From positions 8,986 to 72,985 of the forward strand of contig JBGSWE010000007.1 in assembly GCA_041752595.1 (NCBI GenBank): a stretch of DNA of 64,000 bases, read 5' to 3'. Numbering within the stretch: position 1 is the stretch's first letter; each line of letters starts with the position of its first letter. The translations under genes were made by a program, and so were the position numbers. Positions 1 to 8,698 of this stretch are shown one piece after another. Origin of the DNA: Candidatus Saccharimonadales bacterium (GTDB lineage: Bacteria > Patescibacteriota > Saccharimonadia > Saccharimonadales > JACDBH01). Under the pieces are notes generated by a model. The model made no database searches. It was not told the origin of the DNA and saw only the letters and a list, made by a program, of their open reading frames with translations.

Positions 1-150
1 TAAATATATTGAGGCATGTAATTTTTGGGCATCGTCTACTAAATCATGTGTGCGGCCGAGTTCATGAGATTTATGAGATGTTAATCCTCCCTTACCTAAT
101 GTTTCATTAAGCTTATATAGATTCCTGAGTTGTCGGTAGCGCTTTATCAT
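1..150 (-). CDS. hypothetical protein, first 50 codons only (gene runs off the left edge)
   Basis: ATG at 148-150 (minus) opens a frame that stays open to base 1 (MIKRYRQLRNLYKLNETLGKGGLTSHKSHELGRTHDL...). Too short for the ORF track; no family recognised. Confidence 0.3.
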   Translation of the reverse strand, partial: MIKRYRQLRNLYKLNETLGKGGLTSHKSHELGRTHDLVDDAQKLHASIYL

Positions 151-259
151 GTAATTTTTATTTTTTGATTCATTTGTATTAAAACTTATTTTTTTGGATT
201 ATGCAATTGTACCATTTATCTGATTATTGTATTATTAACTCGAATAAATAAAACAAACT

Positions 260-877
260 ATGAGTAAACAAAAAGTAAGTCGATTGGATTGGCATTACAC
301 TAGATGGGGAGGTGTAGCAGCTGTTTTATTAATCAAAATATGGATAAAAATTCACCGTAAACCTCATTATTTTGTTAATTTAATTAGGCCAATAGACCAA
401 AATGAGCCAACAATTATTGCCTCAAATCACCAAAGCCTACTTGATCCACCCAGCATATTTTCGGCCTTTTCGTTTGGTGCATTAATCAAAATATCACCGG
501 TAAAGTTTATGACTTATCATAAATACTATAATTCTAAGTACAAACCCCCCCTTTATACAACTGGCTGTTTCCCCACGCACGGTCAAGGTCATACTGGAGT
601 ACCTGGTGCTGTTTACTTTGCACGCAATGGCTACCGTAGTTTTGTTTTCCCAGAGGGTAAACGGATCAAAAATAATCAACGCACACCCGCCTATGAAGGA
701 ATAGTAAAAATTTTGAGCGAAATACCAGAAGCACGACTTATATTAGTACACCTTGATTGGGATAAACGTAGCAGTTTTTTTTCTCGACCGGATTTTTCAG
801 TTATCATCCATGATGCCTCAAAAGATGTAGATAGAAGTAATGCAGATTCAATCATGGACGCAATATATAGTAACTAA
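260..877 (+). CDS. PlsC-family acyltransferase (1-acylglycerol-3-phosphate acyltransferase-like)
   Basis: HX4D motif NHQSLLD plus second acyltransferase block FPEGKR. Confidence 0.7.
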   Translation: MSKQKVSRLDWHYTRWGGVAAVLLIKIWIKIHRKPHYFVNLIRPIDQNEPTIIASNHQSLLDPPSIFSAFSFGALIKISPVKFMTYHKYYNSKYKPPLYTTGCFPTHGQGHTGVPGAVYFARNGYRSFVFPEGKRIKNNQRTPAYEGIVKILSEIPEARLILVHLDWDKRSSFFSRPDFSVIIHDASKDVDRSNADSIMDAIYSN

Positions 878-897
878 AAAGGTGATAGAATAATATT

Positions 898-1263
898 ATG
901 AATAAAGTAGCAATTATAGAAGATGATGCAGCAATCTTACAAATGTACCGCATCAAGTTTGAGGCCGAAGGTTATCAGGTAGAAACAGCAGAAAATGGGC
1001 GTCTAGGATTGGAATTAGTAGAAAAATTCCGACCAGATATAGTACTACTTGATCTTATGATGCCAGAAATGAATGGCGACGAAACCCTCCTAGCAATGCG
1101 TGCCACGGACTGGGGTAAAGATGTAAAAGTAATCATTTTAACAAACATGGGCGAACAAGAAGCGCCATTAACATTAAGGGATATGGGTGTAATAGATTTT
1201 ATAGTTAAAGCAGATATGACGCCCCGTCAAGTTGCAGAATTAGTGAAAATACAACTAGGATAG
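898..1263 (+). CDS. stand-alone response-regulator receiver domain (CheY-like)
   Basis: 121 aa. Acidic pocket EDD, phospho-acceptor context VLLDLMMPEMNG, conserved T/K blocks (ILTNMG, FIVKAD). No output domain. Confidence 0.85.
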   Translation: MNKVAIIEDDAAILQMYRIKFEAEGYQVETAENGRLGLELVEKFRPDIVLLDLMMPEMNGDETLLAMRATDWGKDVKVIILTNMGEQEAPLTLRDMGVIDFIVKADMTPRQVAELVKIQLG

Positions 1264-1269
1264 TTTCTA

Positions 1270-2598
1270 ATGAATATAGCTCTGATAGGATTCGCAGTAG
1301 AAAACCAGGCTGTTTATAGATACTTCGCAAAAAGGGGTGTGTCACCGACTATATGTGACCAAAACCCTGACCTAGCCCTTCCTGAGGGTGTTCAGGGCAA
1401 CCTAGGCCCTAATTACCTCGATAATCTCGATAATTTTGACCTAATTGTGCGTAGTGTTGGTATTCATCCATCTGTAATCCTTAGTAAATACCCTACTTTG
1501 GGCCCTAAAATTACGACTGCAGTCAACTTGTTCTTTGAAGAATGTAAAACACCTATAATTGGCGTAACCGGAACAAAGGGCAAGGGTACAACAAGTACGT
1601 TAATACATAAAATACTTGAAGCTGCCGGCAAAAAAACCTTATTAGCAGGTAACATAGGCGTTCCGATGTTGGACATACTTGAACAATCGGCAACAGTAGA
1701 TTATGTCGTATTGGAACTATCTAGTTTTCAGTTGTATGACGCAAAATATAGTCCACAAGTCGCAGTTTGCCTTATGGTAGTACCAGAACACCTTAACTGG
1801 CATAGTGATTTAGCAGATTACACTCATGCCAAAGGAAACTTATTCCGTTATCAAAACAGCGACAATGTTGCAGTTTTTAATGCTTTCAACGTCCTTAGTA
1901 CTCAAATTGCAAGCAGTTCACCTAGTGCTCATAAATTAACTTACGTTGTACCGGATATTGATGAGCATGTACTGGCACTATGCACAGCCTATGTAGAGGG
2001 CGACACAATTTTTGTTCGAAAACAGCCAGTACTGAAAATAAGTGAAGTTAAATTAGTTGGTAGACACAATCTGGAAAATGTTTGTGCAGCCATAGCAGCA
2101 ACCTGGGATATTATTGGTGGCAATATCAATGCTATTAGAAATGCCATAACAAACTTTAGTGGTCTAGATTATCGACTCCAACTAATAAAAGAGTTGGATG
2201 GAGTTAAATATATTAATGATTCATTCTCAACTACTCCAGAGACTGCAATTGCAGCAATAAAATCATTTACTGCACCAAAGGTGCTAATACTGGGTGGTAG
2301 CGATAAGGGTGTTCCGTTTGATGAACTAGCAAATGCAGTTGTTGGCGGTAATGTTAAATCTGTTCTCGCTATTGGACAGCAGGGACCAGTTATAGCTAAA
2401 CTCCTACAAAGACGTGGCTATACTAACTTTATTCTAAATAATCTAGACTCAATGCAAAATATTGTAACAACCGCTAGGCGGATTGCCGAACCTGGTGACG
2501 TAGTGCTGTTATCTACAGGTTGTGCTAGTTTTGGAATGTTCAAAGATTATAAAGATCGCGGTGATCAATTTAATCAATTTGTTCAATCACTCGAGTAA
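1270..2598 (+). CDS. murD: UDP-N-acetylmuramoylalanine--D-glutamate ligase
   Basis: Mur-ligase ATP motif GVTGTKGKGTTS, GRHNLEN block, length 442 aa. Starts 7 nt after the receiver gene. Confidence 0.9.
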   Translation: MNIALIGFAVENQAVYRYFAKRGVSPTICDQNPDLALPEGVQGNLGPNYLDNLDNFDLIVRSVGIHPSVILSKYPTLGPKITTAVNLFFEECKTPIIGVTGTKGKGTTSTLIHKILEAAGKKTLLAGNIGVPMLDILEQSATVDYVVLELSSFQLYDAKYSPQVAVCLMVVPEHLNWHSDLADYTHAKGNLFRYQNSDNVAVFNAFNVLSTQIASSSPSAHKLTYVVPDIDEHVLALCTAYVEGDTIFVRKQPVLKISEVKLVGRHNLENVCAAIAATWDIIGGNINAIRNAITNFSGLDYRLQLIKELDGVKYINDSFSTTPETAIAAIKSFTAPKVLILGGSDKGVPFDELANAVVGGNVKSVLAIGQQGPVIAKLLQRRGYTNFILNNLDSMQNIVTTARRIAEPGDVVLLSTGCASFGMFKDYKDRGDQFNQFVQSLE

Positions 2599-3217
2599 GC
2601 TGTCTTATAACTGCTTCTTGTGGCTGAACCACAATAGCTCTATTACCCACACTATGCTGGATTAACTCCTCTATCCAATGGTAATGAGTGCAACCAAGGA
2701 CTATAACATCGACATTTTTCTGCAATAAATTCGCAGTTATGGATTTAATTGACATAATGTTAATTTCATCAGATTCTATCATCTGAGCCCAATTTTCAAC
2801 ATTTGGCTCAATAACTGCAACATTTTCGCAGTATTCAGCTTTTAGCCACTTATATCTTTTACTTTTAAGAGTTGCGGGGGTGGCACACACTCCAATAACC
2901 CCTGTTTTGGTTAAGCTTGCGGCTGGCTTAACCATTGGCTCCATCCCTACCAAGGGTACACCTACTGCAACCCTAAGTTCAGTAATAATATTTGTTGTCA
3001 CAGTATTACATGCAATCACAATTACTTGGCAGCCTGATTTTTCCATTTCTAATAATATGTGTAGGACTAATTTGTATAACTGTTCTGGTGATTTATCGCC
3101 ATAAGGAAGATTTTGCTTATCTTCTCTTAATAATACTTGGTGATTGGGTAGTGCATATGTAATTGCATTGGCAACAGATAGGCCACCCACTCCTGAATCA
3201 AAAACTCCAATTATCAT
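2570..3217 (-). CDS. murI: glutamate racemase
   Basis: GVFDSGVGGLSV N-terminus and the two catalytic Cys blocks ACNT and GCTHY. Confidence 0.9.
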   Translation of the reverse strand: MIIGVFDSGVGGLSVANAITYALPNHQVLLREDKQNLPYGDKSPEQLYKLVLHILLEMEKSGCQVIVIACNTVTTNIITELRVAVGVPLVGMEPMVKPAASLTKTGVIGVCATPATLKSKRYKWLKAEYCENVAVIEPNVENWAQMIESDEINIMSIKSITANLLQKNVDVIVLGCTHYHWIEELIQHSVGNRAIVVQPQEAVIRQLTRVIEQID

Positions 3218-4029
3218 TATCTTTTTTCTGATAATCTGGCTGCACGAAGTACGTTTTCGAACAGTGCACTGACCGTTAAGGGCCCTACCCCGCCCTTTGT
3301 CGGCGTAATTGCTATATCCTGTCTGGCATAAAGTTCGGGCGCTACATCACCAACAGTTTTACCGTCTTCGCTAGCCACTCCTGCATCCACTACAACCGCC
3401 CCTTCTTTTACCATGTCAGGTGATAATATTGCTGGGGTACCAACCGCAGTAATAATTATATCGGCTTTAAGTGTTTCTGCTTTTAAATCCGATGTGCTTC
3501 GATCAGCAACAAACACATCATGACCGGAAGATTTAAGTATTTTTTCTAGTGGAGCGCCCACCAGTTTACCTCTTCCTATTAATAAAATGTGCTTATTATT
3601 AAGATCAATGTTATATCCAGCTAGTAACCATAGTATTGCCATTGGTGTGGCGGGATCAAAAACGGCTTTATCCCCAAGCGCATCAACGTCTTTATCTGCA
3701 GCCACTAAATTAACAATTTCATTAGTTTGTTCTGGGTTTTCTAGGGGTAATTGTGTAATTATGCCATGTACAGTATTATCTTGATTGAGCGATTTAATTA
3801 GTTCGGGTACATCTGTTTGACTAATGCGATGAATTTCTACAATAACACCTAGTTCATCTCCGTATTTTTGTTTTAGTCTGATATACAAATCAATTACTGG
3901 GTTTTGTACGGTTACAATGATTGCAAGTTTAGGAACAATTTTATGCTCTTGACGCAAATTGCGCACCTGCTGAGCTTGTCGCTCTTTGATAAATCCTGCA
4001 ATTTCTGAGCCGTTTAATACTTTCATCAC
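3217..4029 (-). CDS. folD: bifunctional methylenetetrahydrofolate dehydrogenase/cyclohydrolase
   Basis: FolD layout with GRGKLVGAPL NADP loop and TKGGVGPLTV C-terminal block. 1-nt overlap with the murI start. Confidence 0.9.
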   Translation of the reverse strand: MMKVLNGSEIAGFIKERQAQQVRNLRQEHKIVPKLAIIVTVQNPVIDLYIRLKQKYGDELGVIVEIHRISQTDVPELIKSLNQDNTVHGIITQLPLENPEQTNEIVNLVAADKDVDALGDKAVFDPATPMAILWLLAGYNIDLNNKHILLIGRGKLVGAPLEKILKSSGHDVFVADRSTSDLKAETLKADIIITAVGTPAILSPDMVKEGAVVVDAGVASEDGKTVGDVAPELYARQDIAITPTKGGVGPLTVSALFENVLRAARLSEKR

Positions 4030-4122
4030 CTTAATTATAGCAGTTGTACAATACGACTTAGAAATTATACTTATGCTATAATTTGATTAATTAACACAAT
4101 TTAACTACGAAATCAGGTATAT

Positions 4123-4914
4123 ATGAACCAGGAACCAAGTACTCCTCAAAGTAGCCCAAACCCAGCCACCCCCCAACAACAACCCATAAATCCATCACCT
4201 GTGGCAGCTGCTCTTCCACTAATTCCAAATGAGTGGCCAGGTGCTTTTGGCGTATTCAAGTATTCCAAAAATGCAGTAATGTTAAACATTGGGGCTTATC
4301 TAATACTTTTAGTAATTTCAATGATTCTTAGCGTAATCGGCAATAATCTCTCAGAATTTGTTAGTTTTATTTTTAGTATAGTTTCAATCTTCTTCTCTAT
4401 TGCGCTAACATTTGTTTTGATCGCAGGCGCACAGGGTAGAAAAACAGAAGCAATTGATGCACTTAAAATGAGTGTCACTTACTTTTTGAAATATTTAGGA
4501 TTGTCTATAATAGTTGGCCTTTCATTAGTCTTAGCGTTCTTCGCGTTTATTATTCCTTTCTTTATAGTTTTACCGCGTTTAATTCTTGCATTTTATTATT
4601 TGCTTGATCAAAACATGGGGATTATAGACTCATACAAAGCAAGTCTTGCCGCAACGAAGGGTCATTCGCTTAAAATTTGGGGTATACTTCTAGCATCTTT
4701 TGTTATGATATTGCCAGCACTAACTATAATAGGCATACCTGTTGCGATTTACTTAGGAATTATGTACTCTGCAGCAACTGTTGTCTTATATGAATTCATT
4801 AAAAAGGCAAATAAAGTACAGGCTCCAGTTTCAGGAACTCCAAATCCACAGCCCACAAATCCAGAACCGCAAGCTACACAGCCCACACAAAATACACAGA
4901 CCCCGTTAGTTTAA
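4123..4914 (+). CDS. multi-pass membrane protein with Pro/Gln-rich termini
   Basis: Several hydrophobic helices. Low-complexity P/Q/T N- and C-terminal tails. No enzymatic motif seen. Confidence 0.6.
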   Translation: MNQEPSTPQSSPNPATPQQQPINPSPVAAALPLIPNEWPGAFGVFKYSKNAVMLNIGAYLILLVISMILSVIGNNLSEFVSFIFSIVSIFFSIALTFVLIAGAQGRKTEAIDALKMSVTYFLKYLGLSIIVGLSLVLAFFAFIIPFFIVLPRLILAFYYLLDQNMGIIDSYKASLAATKGHSLKIWGILLASFVMILPALTIIGIPVAIYLGIMYSAATVVLYEFIKKANKVQAPVSGTPNPQPTNPEPQATQPTQNTQTPLV

Positions 4915-4989
4915 GTCTTAAATAGATAAGCTCAAACGTCCAACTATTGAGAATGGTTTATTTTTCCATAAGACTAAATAAGCCAGTCG

Positions 4990-5277
4990 TCATATATTTA
5001 TAATTATGTTCGTAATTATCCAGAGCATGACTACGAATCCTAATGCTTTTCTAAAATAATTTACACCGCTAAATAACTCTAAATATGCCCATACAAACAA
5101 AATCAATGTACTTAACTCGGCAAATAATGCCTGCATATCGTTACTTGGTAGGATATATGAAAGTACTGAAAATATAATCCAAATTATAATCGGTATGTTT
5201 GGGCTTTGCGCTAATACTATCTTACCGTTTTTGTCCTTGTAGCACTTTTCAGTAAACGATTGTTTGGGGTTTAACAT
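4990..5277 (-). CDS. small membrane protein
   Basis: 95 aa with 3 predicted hydrophobic helices. No family recognised. Confidence 0.45.
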   Translation of the reverse strand: MLNPKQSFTEKCYKDKNGKIVLAQSPNIPIIIWIIFSVLSYILPSNDMQALFAELSTLILFVWAYLELFSGVNYFRKALGFVVMLWIITNIIINI

Positions 5278-5351
5278 AAGTTTATTCTAGCAAAGAAACG
5301 CTAATATTCTCCTAACACTTTAATTGAACCTTATAGTTTTTTTTGACAAAT

Positions 5352-5401
5352 AAAAAGCCCTAACCTTGTCTATATATTAAGCTTGGGACTTTGGTTAGGG
5401 C
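5352..5401 (-). terminator. rho-independent terminator after the LysM gene
   Basis: GCCCTAACC (5357-5365) pairs with GGTTAGGGC (5393-5401). Followed on the minus strand by a T-run. Confidence 0.6.
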
Positions 5402-5430
5402 AAATATTTTAAGATTAGAAGCTTAATTTG

Positions 5431-5895
5431 TTAAGCTTGACCAACCTTATCTGTATTAAAGTTAACTCCAGCAACATATTTCTGCCATAGTGCTATTTGT
5501 GACTCATTTAAAGCTTGGGCCTTTTTAACGGCAGCTTCTACATCAGATTCTTTGATCATAACCTTTTCACCAACGTTAAGCTCTGGAGATCCAGCTGCTT
5601 TTGTTAGAAATGTTTCAGCTGCAATAATCTGCGCCTGACTCAAATTCACTTGCTTTACAGCGCCGTAGGTTTGTACAGCTTTGCGGGCGATTTTAGTAAA
5701 CGAATCACCTGGCTGTGCAACATATTCGTATGTTGAGCCTGCATTTACTTCTGTGTTTTCTGAAGTTGTCATAACTTCAACTGACTTGTTTTCGCCGTCT
5801 TGGGCTGATACTGTATTTGTAGTACCTAGTGCAAACACCGTTACTGTAGCTAATGCAATTAGTGAAAGTGTTGATATTTTAAATAGTTTTGACAT
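5431..5895 (-). CDS. secreted LysM-domain protein
   Basis: Signal peptide (MSKLFKISTLSLIALATVTVFALG). LysM-like block YVAQPGDSFTKIARK...NVGEKV. Confidence 0.7.
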   Translation of the reverse strand: MSKLFKISTLSLIALATVTVFALGTTNTVSAQDGENKSVEVMTTSENTEVNAGSTYEYVAQPGDSFTKIARKAVQTYGAVKQVNLSQAQIIAAETFLTKAAGSPELNVGEKVMIKESDVEAAVKKAQALNESQIALWQKYVAGVNFNTDKVGQA

Positions 5896-6016
5896 TACTT
5901 ACTCTATTCCCCCACCACAATTTATTTGTAATAGATTAATAATAACATAATCGGTATGTTAAGAAACATTATTGTTTTTTTGACATATTGAATCTATAGA
6001 TAGTGATTTTAGTACA

Positions 6017-6045
6017 TTGATTTAACAGAGGTAATATGATATTAT
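6017..6045 (+). promoter_or_regulatory. sigma70-like promoter for tRNA-Lys(CTT) and its leader
   Basis: TTGATT (6017-6022), 17-nt spacer, TATTAT (6040-6045). The spacer contains the recurring AACAGAGGT motif. Confidence 0.5.
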
Positions 6046-6185
6046 CTACCCTGTTACATTTGTCCTAGCCAATTTCGAGAGAGGATTCTCGAATTTGAGA
6101 GGAGTAAGCTTTTTGTGGTTTCTAATGATGCCGAACAAACTTGTTTTGTCGGTAGCATAGAAACCGCAGGATTACATTCCCACAA

Positions 6186-6262
6186 GGGCCAGTAGCTCAG
6201 CTGGTTAGAGCGTCTGCCTCTTAAGCAGAATGTCCGGGGTTCGAGTCCCCGCTGGCCCTCCA
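6186..6262 (+). tRNA. tRNA-Lys (anticodon CTT), CCA encoded
   Basis: Manual cloverleaf: acceptor GGGCCAG/CTGGCCC, D arm GCTC..GAGC, anticodon loop CTCTTAA, T arm CGGGG-TTCGAGT-CCCCG. Confidence 0.95.
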
Positions 6263-6264
6263 AT

Positions 6265-6297
6265 AGAAAAACCCCTCCTCGCCGAGGGGTTTTTCTA
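6265..6297. terminator. bidirectional rho-independent terminator
   Basis: CCCCTC (6272-6277) pairs with GAGGGG (6284-6289). Flanked by an A-run and a T-run. Confidence 0.75.
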
Positions 6298-6334
6298 TTG
6301 ATATGATTCTAGCCTCTTTTGGTAATATAGTCTT

Positions 6335-6622
6335 ATGAATAAGTTTAAAGTATCTGGCAAAATAAAGCGCTTTCCCGATAAGTATGGTTGGTATTATGTT
6401 GAGCTTGATGAGGGGTTAAGTAAAGATCTAAGACCTTTACTAGCAAATCTTTGGCCAGCATTAATAAGGGCAGAATTTAGAATTAATAATACAATTTGGC
6501 AAAGTTCAATAATGCCAATCAAAGACGGGCCACTATTTATTGCTCTTCCAGCCAAAATTCGCAAAGTTGAAAACTTAGATGTTGACAATAAAGTTACTAT
6601 AAACTTTGAGCTAAAGATATAA
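6335..6622 (+). CDS. DUF1905-like small protein
   Basis: 95 aa. The YGWYYVELDE...IWQSSIMP pattern resembles the DUF1905 beta-barrel family. Confidence 0.5.
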   Translation: MNKFKVSGKIKRFPDKYGWYYVELDEGLSKDLRPLLANLWPALIRAEFRINNTIWQSSIMPIKDGPLFIALPAKIRKVENLDVDNKVTINFELKI

Positions 6623-6715
6623 TTATAGTGATAAAAAATCACATCTGATTCTTTATCACTATTTCGTGTCTGTTAATTAATTCTAGTATCTTTTGGTGTT
6701 TGCTATTATTAAACT

Positions 6716-7225
6716 ATGCAAACCCTAGAACCAATCTGTAAATCTGCTAACTCCAAAAGTGTCATGTATAACCCGGTTAATTCCCACACTGCAAGACACT
6801 TTAAAGACGCACCAAGACTTAAAGGACTTATTGAAGAGCTTTTAAGCCAAATGGTTCTTAAGGGCGACCTGATAGCAAAAGATGTAGACATGGGAAGAAT
6901 GATTGGCAATAGTGATGTCGTAGAAATTGATGAAAGTGATGAAATTATATATGCAATGCGGAAAAGTCGTGAAGACCAGGGTTATGTGCCCTTTACCAAA
7001 TCACGCAACCCACAACCAAGCCAATTTATATCAATATATTTAGTTCGCAAAGATAGTAATACTTATGAACTTTCTAGTGCTTGGATTGGAGAATATGAGA
7101 GTCCGGCCTTTCCACAAATGAATAACGCCAGCGCGGATAGTATTCCATATTGGGAAAAACATGCATTTGCTTGGGGTAGTCAAGAAATTATTCCAGGAAC
7201 AGAGATTACTAATTGTCCTTGGTAG
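6716..7225 (+). CDS. hypothetical protein
   Basis: 169-aa ORF bounded by terminators. No motif recognised; start codon uncertain. Confidence 0.45.
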   Translation: MQTLEPICKSANSKSVMYNPVNSHTARHFKDAPRLKGLIEELLSQMVLKGDLIAKDVDMGRMIGNSDVVEIDESDEIIYAMRKSREDQGYVPFTKSRNPQPSQFISIYLVRKDSNTYELSSAWIGEYESPAFPQMNNASADSIPYWEKHAFAWGSQEIIPGTEITNCPW

Positions 7226-7293
7226 CAGTTTTTAGTAGCTAGTTATAAAACATAACTGTATTTTAAATTGTTGCTATTTAATCTAAATTTAAT

Positions 7294-7330
7294 AAAAAAT
7301 AGCCTGGCTATTTTGAAGCCAGGCTATTTA
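7294..7330. terminator. bidirectional terminator between convergent genes
   Basis: TAGCCTGGCT (7300-7309) pairs with AGCCAGGCTA (7317-7326), with flanking A- and T-runs. Confidence 0.75.
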
Positions 7331-7344
7331 ATATATTGCTTTTA

Positions 7345-7920
7345 TTAGCTAGGTAGCAATACGCCACCGATTACATGTACAACACCATTGTCTGTGTTAA
7401 CATCGGCTTGCTCTACGACAACTTTGTTGCCTTTAGCATCAGTTAGGTAAACTTTGCCATCCATGATTGAAACTGTAAGTGTTCCACCTTGGACAGTTGT
7501 TATTACTTGACCGTCTGAAAGATCAGCAGCCAAAACTTCACCAGATACAACGTGATAAGTCAAAATTGACTTAAGTGTTTCTACGTTTTCAGGTAGTAGT
7601 AGTGAATCTAGAGTTCCTGCAGGTAATGCTTCAAATGCAGCATTTGTTGGTGCAAATACTGTGTATGGGCCTTCTGCGTTTAATGTGTCAACTAGACCTG
7701 CCGCTTTGACTGCAGCAACTAGTGTTGAAAGTGCAGGTGTATCTGAAGCAACTACAACGATTGTGCCTGGACCTTGTGGTTCAGTTTGTGTTGTTTCTGT
7801 AGATGTTGCTACTTTTTCGTCTTCACTAGATGAGCTTACTGCCCAGTAAATTCCACCACCAACTAGTAGTAATGCAACTAGACCGACGACTATTCCGACT
7901 GTTTTATTGTTATTATCCAT
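7345..7920 (-). CDS. membrane-anchored fasciclin (FAS1) domain protein
   Basis: N-terminal TM anchor. FAS1 signatures YTVFAPTNAAFEALP and VHVIGGVLLP. Confidence 0.85.
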   Translation of the reverse strand: MDNNNKTVGIVVGLVALLLVGGGIYWAVSSSSEDEKVATSTETTQTEPQGPGTIVVVASDTPALSTLVAAVKAAGLVDTLNAEGPYTVFAPTNAAFEALPAGTLDSLLLPENVETLKSILTYHVVSGEVLAADLSDGQVITTVQGGTLTVSIMDGKVYLTDAKGNKVVVEQADVNTDNGVVHVIGGVLLPS

Positions 7921-7944
7921 ACTTCTCCCTCACTTAATTACTCA

Positions 7945-8550
7945 TTAAATATTAGCACGTTTCTGGCTTATTATCACCTCCTTATTTTTAAGACTAAGCA
8001 TAATAAACTCATGTATTTGATCCGTAATATCTGTCAAAATTTCGTCTTTAGGTGGTTGTGGAAAATACTCTAGCAAATAACCATTTATAGCATGAGCAAC
8101 AACTTTTGACTTGCTAGATATTTTTGATTTATCTACTGAAAACTCCTTATTTGTTACACCAAATTTTATTACTTCCTCAATATGCAAAGAAGCTTTTGTG
8201 GGTAAATAACCTGAATTGTTTTTGCTAAATTTAGATCTAAAATGTAGATAATACTTAAGTACAAAAACCACATCTTCAATATGCTTAAATTGGAACAAAA
8301 TTCTATCTTTTAGCATTCTTGAAGCAGAAGCTTGTTTAGGTAATTTGGCACGTTCTATTCCTAAATTTTTATTAATGTTATCAAAAATTTCTTTAAGTAT
8401 TTCGTCTTTGTCATTAAAGAAATGATAAATACTAGATAACCCTACTCCGCTTTCTTTGGCTAAAATACGCATAGAAAAACCCTCGTAGCCGTTTGTAGCA
8501 AATAGCCTTTTGCTTACCCCCAAAATCGTAGTTCTTGTGATTGATTTCAT
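7945..8550 (-). CDS. TetR/AcrR-family transcriptional regulator
   Basis: N-terminal TetR HTH (GYEGFSMRILAKESGVGLSSIYHFFNDKDE). Confidence 0.85.
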   Translation of the reverse strand: MKSITRTTILGVSKRLFATNGYEGFSMRILAKESGVGLSSIYHFFNDKDEILKEIFDNINKNLGIERAKLPKQASASRMLKDRILFQFKHIEDVVFVLKYYLHFRSKFSKNNSGYLPTKASLHIEEVIKFGVTNKEFSVDKSKISSKSKVVAHAINGYLLEYFPQPPKDEILTDITDQIHEFIMLSLKNKEVIISQKRANI

Positions 8551-8555
8551 ATAAA

Positions 8556-8571
8556 TGTAACAATCGTTACA
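8556..8571. promoter_or_regulatory. candidate TetR operator palindrome
   Basis: Perfect inverted repeat TGTAAC-AATC-GTTACA, 6 nt upstream of the tetR start, in the tetR/mgtE divergent spacer. Confidence 0.4.
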
Positions 8572-8698
8572 ATATCCATACTAACATTAGAACTAAACAA
8601 ATCAAATATAAACTAATTTTTATTTGATTAGTGCTTGTCTGTCGTTTGTCGGATATACTTAAGCATAAGTACTAAATTATAAAAGGCCTGCTTGTAGG

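Noticed and set aside
6054-6263. 69-aa minus-strand ORF from the track
   Set aside because: Runs antisense across tRNA-Lys(CTT) and its structured leader. The tRNA fully explains the region, and there is no start context.
8551-8698. M-box (Mg2+) riboswitch upstream of mgtE
   Set aside because: The spacer is only 148 nt, very AT-rich and shared with the tetR promoter. None of the conserved GC-rich M-box helices are visible.
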